Of a stretch of DNA of 64,000 nt, positions 22,430 to 34,100 are shown in pieces. This DNA is from Diplonema japonicum. Lineage: Eukaryota; Protista; Euglenozoa: Diplonemea. The stretch spans positions 372,001 to 436,000 of the forward strand of contig OZ025703.1 of the NCBI GenBank assembly GCA_964019335.1, in the 5' to 3' direction. Below the pieces are notes generated by a model. That model saw only the letters and a list, made by a program, of their open reading frames with translations, made no database searches and was not told the origin of the DNA. The number at the start of each line of letters is the position of its first letter. The first letter of the stretch is position 1. Made by a program: the position numbers and the translations under genes.

Positions 22430-23393
22430 GCTCAAACAGGGCAGTCCTTTGGGGGGCGCCTATAAATATGCAGGGATAACATGGAGATAAAAAGAAAAGT
22501 ACATCAGATGTGCTGGTCAGGTGACGAACAGGCAGCAAACAGCACACCGCCTTAAACATATTTCTTTTTGCGGCCAATTGTTATTGCTAAAAAAAAGAGT
22601 CGAGACAACTTTGTTCGGCTTTACCTTCTGCAGTGTATCGCCGACTTTGCGCAAACAACAAACTGCCAACTCTTTTTTTTCCCCCTCCCTTTGTTTTTTT
22701 TTTTCCTTTGACGATCTTATTGTCAGCACTAAAGGCTTCTTTTTTTTTTTTTTTTCGTTAGCATGTTGCAGGCAGTTGATGAAAGGAGAAGTGAACAGAA
22801 AATACCCCCCCCACCCCCATTCCTGCACCTCCTGTTACGGCCAAGCTTTAGAAAAAACCGGATAGTGCGCAACTAAAAAAAAAAAGAAATAGGCATTTTC
22901 TATTAAACTCTTCCCTCCCTTACTTTATTCTCTTTCCCTAATGAAAAAAAAAAATATGTAAAAAGCAGCCTTTTTGTCTGCTCTGATGAAAGCAAAAAAA
23001 AAAAAAAAAAATACGAGTGCGGTAAAAGATCCTTCTTATTTCTTTTTTTTTTTTTGCACTTTAGTAATATGGGTGGAGAGGAGGAGAAAAAGAAAGACAT
23101 AAAACAATATGATTTGCTTTTTTTTAATGTTTTTTCTCCTTTTTTTTCAACCCCCCCCCCCTCTGTTCTTGAAAATGTTAAGAAATGAGAGAAAAAAAAA
23201 GAAAGAAAAAAAAAAAAGCAAATAGACAAGGGAGGATGATGTATACGCGCACATTGGCGGCCTGACACATATTTCCCTCTCCACCCCCTGGGTTTTTATC
23301 TCTCTTTCCCAAACATTCCCTCCACTCATTTTTTTTTTTTTTTTTTTTTTTTCGTTTCTTCCCTTCAATACAAAAAAAAAAAAAAAAGAAAAA

Positions 23394-25516
23394 ATGTCGG
23401 AAAGCAGCCGATCGACGTATAATGGAACGGAGCGAACAGAGACAGACGTGCAAACAGTAGTGACGTACAGCGAGGCGGTGGTACCGGTGGGGAGCTTCGG
23501 CGAGAAAACGATCGGAATGGTTTCGGGGTTTATGTTGTTGGTTAATAATGTAACAGGCCCGGGATTAGTCACAATGCCCGCGGTAAACAGCAGCGGAGGA
23601 TGGCTGCTAAGCTCCCTCTTGCTCTTCACATGTTGGGTTGCATCCGCCATCTCGTCGACAATGCTGCTCGAAGCCATCAAAAAAATGCCCGGAAACTCTA
23701 AATTCGAACAACGAATAGAGTTCACCACCCTCGCTAAACACCATTTCCAGGGAAAACTCAAATGGTTATACGTCATCACCCTCGCCATCTTTCTCATGTC
23801 ATTTCTTACAACCCTTGTCGCATCTGTCATTGAGTCCGCACAGACAATGGACTCGGCTCTCATTGAAATATTTGGAAAATCCTGCGCATTTCAATTTCAC
23901 AACGACGAGAAAGCCGATGTTGGAACGGGTTCATTTGGGTTTGTGTGTGTTGGCGACGAGTCGCACTCTGGATCGGGAACGGTTGATTCTCCTTTTGGGG
24001 ACTCCGCGTATGTCATTTCCATCGGGTACATTTTGGTTCTGATGGTGGCGCTTCCTCTTGGGTACTGGAACCTTGATGATAATATTTGGGTGCAGAATTT
24101 CGCGTTTTGCGGGTTGTGCTTCATCGTGTTCGAGTGGACTATACAATGCTTTGTGAAGGGTTTGCATTTCCACGACTCAGAACCAACGAATCTACCTGTT
24201 GTCGGGTCTGACCTGTCGTCCGTTTTCGGAACGATTTTGTTTAACTACGCGTTCGTTACCACCATTCCTTCTTGGTGTAACGAGAAGAAAGTCGGAGTTT
24301 CTATTTCAAAAAGTATATGGTGTTCTTCTTTCTTGGGGACGATCATGTTTTTTTGTACGGGAATTTTTGCGGCGGCGGCGTGGGATTTCAGCGATGGGAC
24401 CGATCTTTTGGCGAAATTAACGGACAAAAACACATCGGGTGTCGCGGAGTTTACAAAGGTCCTCGCTTACGCGTTCCCGATCATCGCTCTGGTGACAAGC
24501 ATTCCCATCTTCAGTATTATTGTTCGGTACAATCTCCTCGAAAACAATATTTGTGGGAAGTTTTGGGCGAATTTTTGGGGCGCGTTGTTCCCATGGTTCG
24601 CCGCAATCGCTTTATACGCGGGTAACGCTTTGAACTACACCGTCAACTGGGCAGGGTTGCTCACCATCGTCCCATTGAACTTTATCCTCCCCGCGTGGTT
24701 TTACATCCAGTCCCTCGACTACTCATTCGAAGAACCTGAGGCTGAAGGTCTTCTCAACACTAAAAATATCTACACCTCATCTCATAATATAAATGATGAT
24801 GATGAAAACAGTCCGTCTCGAAATGTGGTAACTCATGATGATGATGATGATGAAGAAAACGCATATCCGGAATACTCGATTGGAGATGAGGTGGATGCTT
24901 GGGTCCCAGGGCATCAATGGGTACCGTGTACGGTTACCTCTGGGTTATTGGACGGGTGCTACACAATTGAGAGCGACGACCCGAATGTTAATGAAAGAAC
25001 AGATGTAGCTCCATCAAACATCCGCGCGAGAAAAATGGAAGAATACAGCCCCAGAGAGATTCAAGAGGAAGAAGCAAGCGAGGAATATATCAGACCGGAA
25101 GATAAGCTTAAACATGGGGTATTGAAAAAAAAAAAAAAAAAAAAAAAAAAAAGGTAGAGCAGCGGAGGATGAACGCGCTGCAGGCAAAGCTCGACAAGTA
25201 CGAGCAAAAGATCAAGGATTTGCAGGATGAGATCTCTGTGTTCGTGACTCAATACCCTGGTGAGATGGAGCAGCAGAGGTTAAAGGTGCTCCACCAGCAG
25301 GAGATGCGGAAGCTGCAAAGGAGAGTTGATCACTTGATTGAGGAAATGGAACGTGCGAAGCAAGGGAACATGAGGCTTACTCCAGCGATGAAAGATGAGC
25401 TTTTCACGGCGCTGCCCTCATCGGTGACAAATAAAAACAAAGTGAGGATTGCATGGTCCCTCATAGTGCTTACCACAGTTATTAATATTGTTGCACTTGT
25501 CTATGCAATTGTTTAA
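23394..25516 (+). CDS. amino acid transporter (AAAP/Aa_trans-like), paralog 2, 2 exons
   Basis: Collinear with paralog 1 (shared IKKMPGNSKFEQRIEFTT, RYNLLENNICG). Exons 23394-25118 and 25154-25516; intron at the homologous position. Confidence 0.88.
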
Positions 25517-26246
25517 TTTTTTTTTTTACTTATTTATTTTGTTGTTGTTGTGTGTCTTCTTCCCCCTTCATCACCCTTTTCTCGTTGTGGTTTTTTTTTT
25601 TTTTTTTTTTTTATTTCTCCATCATTTTCTTTTTTTTAAAAGAAAAAAAAAAGAAATTCTTTTCTATCGTCTTTCTCGCTCTCTTTATTCGCAAAAAAAA
25701 TAAACAGTATTTATTTTTACTATTTTTTTTCTCCCCCCCCTTATTCTTCCTGTTTTTTTTTTTTTTTTTTGTATTTCGTTTTTCAATTTTTTTTTTTCCC
25801 CTTTCTAATCTCTGTTGAGACTCTAACGCACGAGAAAAAAAATATCACTAAGAAAAGAAAAAAGAAAAAGAGTTTAAAAAAAAAAAATAAAGAGAGGGGA
25901 GCGAATGCAAAGACCCCTCAAAGAACTTCAAAGGGGGAGATGGTGAAGCACCAAGGTACAGCACAACACATGCCAGTGGCCATTGCAATGGGTTGTTCTT
26001 ACTCAGGTTGGGTTTCTTGGTGGCACCCATCACTCCCCCCCCTTTTTTTATTTCCTTTTATTTTACCGGATTTGTATTTATATTGTTTATTTTGTTCAGT
26101 TTTAATAATGGTCTAGGGATTTAGTGACTGTATAAATTATGTACCTTTTTCGGATTTTGGACCCAACTTGGGACTTTTTACAGAACAATACAAAAAAACT
26201 ATTTTTATTATTTTTGGCCTGACCCCCCCCCCCCCCCCCCCCCATA

Positions 26247-26409
26247 CTATGCTGGCATGGAAACGCGTTTCCATGCATTTTTTGAAAAAAAGGGAAACGG
26301 ATACGGAAACGGAAACGTTTCCTTATGTTTCCTTAAGAAGGAAGCCATAAGAATTTTGAAAAGTATGGAAACGGAAACGGAAACGTTTCCACGTTTCCTG
26401 CCAGCATAG
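26247..26409. mobile_element. MITE-like element A (hAT-like ends)
   Basis: TIRs CTATGCTGGCA(T)GGAAACG / CGTTTCCTGCCAGCATAG; internal GGAAAC repeats; 8-bp flanks CCCCCATA / CCCCCCTA (7/8 identical). Confidence 0.7.
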
Positions 26410-26420
26410 CCCCCCTAGGG

Positions 26421-26519
26421 CTACGTTGTCGGCGTACGCGTACGCAGCAAAATCTGAAAAAGGTGCGTAAGGCGTACGTTCGAAATACGCGTACGTACGG
26501 CCGTACGCCGACAACGTAG
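26421..26519. mobile_element. MITE-like element B
   Basis: Perfect 18-bp TIRs CTACGTTGTCGGCGTACG / CGTACGCCGACAACGTAG; internal CGTACG repeats; flanks CCCTAGGG / ACATAGGG. Confidence 0.72.
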
Positions 26520-26524
26520 ACATA

Positions 26525-26714
26525 GGGGGGGTCACATGGGGGTGGTAAAGTGGGTTTTTTCAAATTCGGAAATGCAGAACACTGGAGCCGCTTAAACCAT
26601 GTAAAACGCCCCTTTCTCGACCAAGAAATCGATTTCCGCCCGGTACTTTTCATTTTTAAAAAACCTTTTTTCTTTCACGTTTAACCACGTTTTTTAGGAC
26701 CATGTGACCCCCCC
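26525..26714. mobile_element. MITE-like element C
   Basis: Inverted ends GGGGGGGTCACATGG / CCATGTGACCCCCCC; TSD not resolvable within the C run. Confidence 0.5.
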
Positions 26715-29305
26715 CCCCCCCCCCCCCCCCCCAGGACAGGCCCCACTAAAATCAAAGCCACGTTTGTGGTGTACAAGATCTACTTTTTGGTTTTCCATTT
26801 TCAAAACAAGGTACGCGGACGCCCTGAAGGCCCAGATACCAAGCCAAGTGACCCCAAGCCCAGCGAACGAACAATGTGACGAGGGTGCCCTGCCCCAACT
26901 GCAGCGCAACCCTCAAGCAGGTTAGAAAGAGACCAGTGTGGTAGTGCACGGAATGCTCTGGTGAGCATGACATGAGCACCCGCGGGAGGGTCTGCCCGTC
27001 CTGCGACTATGTGGTGTGCTTTACGTGCAGGACTGGGCAATAGTGAACTCGAATTGCGGTAATACCACCCCCTCCCCGGCTGGGGGGTATTTTGTTTTTG
27101 TCTTGGGATTTTTTATTTTTAGGGATATTTTCTGGGATTTTTTTTATTTTTGCGATTTTTATGTTCTGTTTTAATGGTGTTCTGTAAATATTATGTACCT
27201 TTTTCGAATTTTTTGCCCAATTTGGGACTTTTCACATAACAATATAAGTACAAATCCGGTATTTATTTTCGTGGATAATCCTTTTTAATGGTTTCCAAAA
27301 AAAAGCCTTTTTTTTTCTTCTTCTTTTTTTTTTCCCTTCCTTTTTTTTTGTTTAGGGTGGCTGCTATGTACGCCACTAAAATCGGGACAATCCCTCCTTT
27401 TTTTTTTAAATTTTTGCTTCTTTTTTCACCGTTACGAAAAAAAAAAAAAAAAAAGAAAAAAAAAATCTGAAAAAGAAAATCTGAAAATTATAGCTAATTT
27501 TTTATTTTACTGTCAACCTAAAGGTAATGACTTTTTTTTCTTTCTTTTTTTTTTTTTTTTTTTTTTTTTTTTGGCTGTGCACAAACACGACTCTTTTTTC
27601 CGCGATTCTCTGAAATTACTTTACCATAAGGGGGCATTAAAAAAAAGAAGGGGCCCATACTTTGGCAAATGGATTTCACTCTTCTGAAATAATAAAAACT
27701 TCACGCTCTCGGGGCGCATTACTTAACGCTACGTGCGAGTTGCCGATTTCCCGTCAGGTTCAGCACAATTTCAGAGTGGTGAAATAAGACCACATTTTGG
27801 AGGAGAAAATGCGGAAACCTCGGTAACGGTCATTACTTTGTTGGCAGTAAATAGCTATATTGTTGATTTTTTACAAAAAGTTTCCGAGTGCTGTGAAAAA
27901 AACAAAAAAAGATTTTTTTTTCAGAAGAGCGAAGTAAAAAGAAAAAAAAAAAGAAAAGGGGGGAAATGTCAAAAATAGGGGCACATAATTTAGCACCATA
28001 CAAAAAAAAAAAAAAAAAAAAAAATGACCACCTCACTAGTAGTAGTACAGCTACCTGGGTGAGAAACTGGCGCACGTATCTTGAGGAAGATTTCCCTATG
28101 TGTTTTTTTTTGGGCCCTATTTTTCTGTCTTTCCGCCCTCCCTCCCCCCTTTTTTTTTTGTGAACTTCTGCCGAAAGGGAGGTCTTTATTAATCAAGAAC
28201 ATATACTAGGAATAAGAAATGAGAGTTCCTCTCTTTACTGGTACTAGTAGAGTAAAGCCCACCTGTCGCGCGACAGATGTTTTTTTTCTTTTTTGTGTTT
28301 ACACTTCTTTCTAAATGTTGGTCTTGGTTTCTGTGAGATACCCTGTGTCGTGTGTACTTGGGGGGGAAGGCCCCCTCCCTCTTCTTATTTTCTCCTTCTT
28401 CCTTTCTTCCTGATCTCTGCTTGACACAGTGGGAAGGAACAAGAAAAAAAGAAAAAAAAAAATAGAAAGCGAAAAAAAAGAAAAGAACAAAAGAAAGAGG
28501 GCGCACACACACACACGCTTCTTCTTCTTGCCGTGCTTTGTGCACAATGTTCCTGGTCCCGGTGGAGGGAGGAGGAGGGGGGGGAAGGGATAACAGTAGG
28601 AGGGGTTTAAAAAAAAAAGGGAGGGATTGATATGTTTGCAGAAGCACTCTCCCGATTTATCTTATTCCCTGTCTCTCTCTCTCCCCCCCTTTTTTTTTCT
28701 CTCCCTCTCCCCCCTTCCTGCAACTACTTGCAAAGCTTGTGGAAAGGGGAACATCCTGCATGGTCATGATAACCGCCCCCCCTCCACCCACAAAAAAAAA
28801 AAACATTTCTTAGCTCCGATGAGCAATTTTTTTATCCCGTTTTTTCTTTTCACCACCTTCCCCCCCCCTTTTTTTTCCGTCGTTACTTTCCTAAAAGTTT
28901 TTTTTATTTATATAAAGTATCATCCTACAAATCACGCTAATCAGGGGAATCTGCGTCCTTGAGGGAGAACCCACGTCGTTGTCGAAGGGACTGCGTTTTC
29001 TGCAACGCTGAAGCTTATCTTCGCGAGCTTGTCATTCCTCATTCCCGGGGGTGTTCCCTCCCTTCCTTCAGGTCTCATAACGTGGTACTCGTCCGCCCTT
29101 CCCGTGATGGCAGTCGTCTTTTGCAATTATTGGGGCTATAAGAAGAATCTTTCGATATACCAAGAAGAAAGAAAAAGAAACTACCGGCCTGGGAAAAAAA
29201 AAAGATTTTTTTTTTTTTTCAAGTTGTTAAAATACTTAAAGATCAGGCAAGTTTTTTTATTTTACTACGATTTCTTTTTTCTTTTCTTAGGAGATTCCCA
29301 AAAGG

Positions 29306-29689
29306 ATGGACCCCAACCAACGGCGTAGCGCTGTAAACCGGAACCTCACAGGGGAAGATTTCTCGCGGCAGGAAGCGGAGCTCGCGAAGCGGGACAGCGA
29401 GGCGATCGAGAATGCAGAAGGGGCCGGGAGGAGCAAGGCACCAGTGGACAAGAAACGCTCTCTGACATCGGAACAAGAGGTTTTTCTGAAGCGGTACGCC
29501 GGCCGGGAGATAGAGGAAAGCCTTCGTAGCATCCGGCTTGAGAAGTACACAGTGAAGAGCACAAAACGACCAGTCAGAGTGTGCTGCTGGTGCGGAGGCC
29601 CTGCAGCGTACAAGTGCCGCATGTGCACACGGCGCTACTGCAGAAAGAAGTGCAACGAACAACATAAGGACACAATGTGCGGCACTTGA
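29306..29689 (+). CDS. ZNHIT1: HIT-type zinc finger protein (ZNHIT1/SWC6/Vps71-like)
   Basis: C-terminal CCWCG..AAYKCRMCTRRYCRKKCNEQHKDTMC; N-terminal DPNQRRSAVNRNL resembles ZNHIT1; may have upstream exons. Confidence 0.72.
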   Translation: MDPNQRRSAVNRNLTGEDFSRQEAELAKRDSEAIENAEGAGRSKAPVDKKRSLTSEQEVFLKRYAGREIEESLRSIRLEKYTVKSTKRPVRVCCWCGGPAAYKCRMCTRRYCRKKCNEQHKDTMCGT

Positions 29690-30508
29690 GCTGAGAGATC
29701 CAGGAACACACATTTTTTGTATAGGATTCTTGTATCTGAAGCGGGATAACAACCGAGGGGAATGGGGAAACCTCCCAATTTCCTTCCTAAGGCTTGGGGT
29801 GTTTTTCGTCTGCTTTCTTTTCACGGAGCTGAGCCCCCCCTCTCCCCAACGTTCACAACGAATAACAAAAAGAAGCAACGATAGCGCTTCTGGTGAGCGC
29901 GACCATCCATGCAACCGTTGTTGAGGAAAGAAAAGAGATTCGCGTGGCGGAAGGGGCGGGAAAAGAGGTGGTGTCGGACTCCCAGATAATCTTGTCACGT
30001 TTCCTTGGGGAAGCACAAGTTGGTAACATATCCGGATTCTACAGGGGATGCGAAGGGACCCTGGTGGACGTGCACCTCCGTGTTGACATTGGTGCGTGGG
30101 AGTGGTCAGCACTTGAGCATCTTGCTCGTCTCTCCAGGACGCTCGGGGACAACATGCTGGAAATAATCCCAGTTTGAAAACTGTCACGTTGGATTCAAAT
30201 AACTTCGGCCACTTGACTTGATTGAAGGCTGCTGCACCACGGCAAGGGCGCAAGGGATCATTTCCGATAGTCGACACGAGCAAGTGACATCTCTTATCGA
30301 CAGCGGGATGTCTTCTTGGGTGAGCTTAAGACAATCGGGTTAGCCTTCAATCGATAAAGTACGGGCGGGGGAAAAAATACACCACTTTTAGTGTTAAGCC
30401 ATCATTTTTTTTTTTTTTTTTGCCGCAACCGGATTTCCTCGTTTACACGTCGGGAGGAAAAGAAATATACAAACAAAGAGGGGGAAGGGAGGGAATACAC
30501 AACAAAGA

Positions 30509-31017
30509 ATGGCTAGCGAGAAAAAGCAGAAAAAAGAAGGGAAGAGAAAGCGAGAGGGAAACGACGCCGAAACAGCGAGCAAGGTGAGCAAGACATCGAG
30601 CGTAGCGAAAAAGGAAAAAAAAGAAGTGTATGCAACTTGTTCTCACCGCTTACTAATCTTTTTTTTTCCAACAGGAAACCAGTACAGACACCTGCTGAAG
30701 CTCCGTTGAGTAGAAGCAGGCTGCTAGATATCCATCTTCCAAAAGTGAAGTGTTCGTCATTATCGCTGGACGGGGTCTCCCGGACCCCTCCCGCCTTATC
30801 AAAATTCGAAAAGGCGATGCTCCTTGGACATCGAACAAGGGAGCTCTGCCTTGGAGCAGATACCGTTGCGCCCATCTCCTCCTGGAACCCCGCAGCCATC
30901 GCAGAGGCGGAACTGAACCTCGGCCTCCTCGACGACTACTCCATCAAGCGGACGACCGCTGGCGACAACGTTCAAAAACAAGAAGACTGGATCGTGGGTG
31001 ACTTTGACATCATATGA
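30509..31017 (+). CDS. RPB6: divergent RNA polymerase subunit RPB6, 2 exons
   Basis: Exons 30509-30627 and 30675-31017 (intron has a TACTAAT branch-like site). RTPPALSKFEKAMLLGHR..EL..GA, P..IAEAEL, IKR and EDW follow the RPB6 pattern; basic N-terminal extension. Confidence 0.8.
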
Positions 31018-31172
31018 GGGGAATGTGACATACCAGGAGGAGGAGAATTTGTTTTCCTCTTCCTTTTTTTTTTTTTTTTCTTCCAGTGATCATTTTTGTT
31101 CCCATCAGTTTTTCACATACTCCCCCCCTACGCACGCCAACACCAGAGGACCCCTTCAGGTGGGGCGGTAAC

Positions 31173-34100
31173 ATGTCTGGCAATGCGGCCGTCGTGTACG
31201 TCGGTAAAGAATGGGGGCGGCCACGATGGACTGATGGGTGGCTGAGCTACAGTGGGGAATATGTAGCAAGCTCCGGGAACGGAAAGGTGAGAGTTGAAAG
31301 GATATGCGGGGACGACGTGGTCGAGATCTCAGTCGATGAAGCTGGTGTTGGACTGCAATGGTTATGGGGCTGCAGCGGCAGCTCAGCAGGTGCGGAGCAC
31401 ACCAACGATGCCCAGTTCATGTTTGCAGAGGACTTCGATCAGGGCTGTGAAGGGACAGAAGCGCTCCTCATCACAACACCGACCGCAATACGTTACATAC
31501 CCTTCTCGGACTCCTCAAACACCGCTACACCACAGCTCCTCAACCTCCCTTCAACTCCCGCTGCTCCTATAAAGGCCTACCGCGGTAGTGTGAAGTACCT
31601 CACCCTCCGAGACGGTGTTCTGGTGTCCTCTTCTATCCCGGTCCTAAAGGGCGAGCTCTCCTATTCTGGTGTCCTGTACACTGACGGCGATGTTGAGGCT
31701 GTCGTAGGGTGGGATGTCACTGAAGACAGAATAGCCGGGCTGCTGCAAACCCTTACAGGTGTCGTCTTTAACATCTGGGAGTGGAAAAAGGAACAAAACA
31801 GGCATGTGTTAGCTTTCACAAAAGCGGGTGAGAACTGGGAGGGCGTCTCTCTTTCGTCGTACCACGCTGTGGTGTCGAGCGGGTCGGGCACAGGTGGGCT
31901 CATCGTCGAAATCGACAAAGTCGTGCGACGGTCGTCAACACTCGAGCTCCAAGAAGAAGCATCCCTCGTGAAGACAGAATCGTACAAATCGATGGCGTCA
32001 GTGCGCACTACTCTCTCGACTCGCTCTCCCACATCCGAAGCATCTTCTTTGCGCAAGATGTCATACTCGGGGTTCATCCCTGCAACATCGGTACCTACGT
32101 CTGTTTTCTTGGAGTCCCTCACCTCAGCAGCGATGGAGGATGACGGTGTGTCCACACCAAGGTCTTCCGTCGGTTCAGAACACGGCGGCACTAAGAAGTC
32201 CCTGCTGCGTGCCGCGACGCGGAAGAAAGGTAAACACAGCACTAAATACCACGTCACCTGCGAGTTCGACACCTCCGAAGAGGGCCTCACGTGGATACCC
32301 GACGGCGTGACCTCTTCGGAGTGCGTATTGCTGACGACAGTAGACTGCGCCGCTGTCATCAAGCCAGACGAGGTTGTCGTCATGACCTTCGCCGAGTCGA
32401 GGTGGTACCGTGCATCCCGCGAAGGGTATTCCCTGGTTCGCAGTGGTGGGGAGAATAGGGGGATCCCCTGCTTACTTCTCGGCCCCGAGGGGCACGTGTC
32501 AGCCATTGCCCCCACAGAGCACGCCATAAAGGTAGCCACACAGACTGCTCTCTCATGCGAAGCCTCATACGCGCTGAGCATGAAACTTGACGCCCTCGAG
32601 ATACACCTGTCGTGGTGCCGCACTGCTCTTGCCTCGCGAGACCTTCAAGGGATCAAGAAGGCACTCGACTCTGCAAAAGTGGCACTTGCGAAGCAAGGGA
32701 AGCACAAAGTGGCCAGGTTCGTAGTCGACTGGATCTTGCGTCTGGAGGCGATCGGTTCACCTTTTATACCCATTTTGCTGCCGTGCGTGGCGTCCTTCGT
32801 GATGTCGGTGCTGAGGGAGATATCATCGGCGGATGTAATGATCGACCTGCGTAGGGTGCTGCTCAAGATGGACGCCACCAAACGGCCGCTAGACGCACCG
32901 AAGGTATTGGCAGCGTTGTGGGAAACACCAAGTGAGGTGCAGAATGAAAACCAAGCGGATGATGAAGGAGCGCCGAGTTTGGCGCTCTTGAGTCTGCCGC
33001 AAGAGTGTAATCTGTCAGGAGCGACAACCGAGCGGGAATTCAAGGATATTATAGTGGATACAATTCTGTGCAGGGGTGTAGGGAGCTTGCTTGCAGCACT
33101 GAACTCTTCGGTCATAGAAGCTGGATGCATGAAATGGTTCAACGAGGTGAGCGTGACAGGCGGTTGGGAGGAAGACGGCGCTGGGCCGCAAGTTACCCAC
33201 AGCCAACTCCGCGCCGTGCTTGGCGTTCTTGCTGTTGAGAAGATGCTAGCGCAGGACACGCAACAAGGGGTTGCCATCCTGCAGAAGGCAGCTGACATGA
33301 CGGGCCCCGAGTCGTGGAAGAAGTACTTGCTGCAGTTCGTTTCGCAAACAGTTAACGCGACAGTGCGGAAAGAGGTATTAGCGTCGCATGCCGACGTGCT
33401 GGATCTGAGCGAAGAGCAACGAGAGACTGCAACTGTGCTTGAGAGGATCGAGGCCGTGCTGGGGAGAAACACAAAACCCAACTCCCTAACATACAGCGAA
33501 GCGAAGCACGCACACGAAACCCTCCGATCCACGCGTGTGTACCCCGCCTCGTACAACCCTGTACCCGCGGCCTTCCACCCCGACACAAACCCGGACCAGA
33601 ACCACGCACCCCTTGAGCTCGAGGCAGGCAATGTTACGGATTTCGGAATCACTTACCCTGCATCTTCTCCACGAAGTGGGTCCAAGCCAGGGTACTTCGC
33701 TCAGGTCTCCCTGTCATGGGCCGAGGACTGGCCTGCAGAGGTCTCGTCCCTTGCGCACTACGACGCTCACAGGATACAAGGCGATCTGGACATCAGCGCC
33801 GTTACCTCTCTAGAGGATGCCCTGGCTGCAGTAAAATGGATCACCGATCACAGGGACGTGGCCTCGGCAGCAAGGCTGTTCCCGCAGCTGTGTGGGATGT
33901 ACCCTACGCTTGAGCTGGACTCGACGGCGCAGGCGGGTGCACCACTGATATCAAACATGTTCGACATTGCGAAGGCGGCAACCCAAGGCACTCATGGCTT
34001 CACCGACACCGAGAAGGGTATACGAGCCCTGTCCTTGTGTGGTGGACTGTTCGATGAGAAGGGTAAGCTTCCTGATGGGTTCGGGAAGTGGGGCCCGCTC

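Larger units (their letters stand above)
26093..27244 (+). repeat. pair of ~90-bp degenerate direct repeats (26093-26190 and 27162-27244)
   Basis: Shared core TTATGTACCTTTTTCG.ATTTT...CCCAA.TTGGGACTTTT.ACA.AACAATA. Confidence 0.75.

Noticed and set aside
29243-30283. 346-aa minus-strand ORF
   Set aside because: Overlaps ZNHIT1 antisense, has no ATG start and no recognisable motif.
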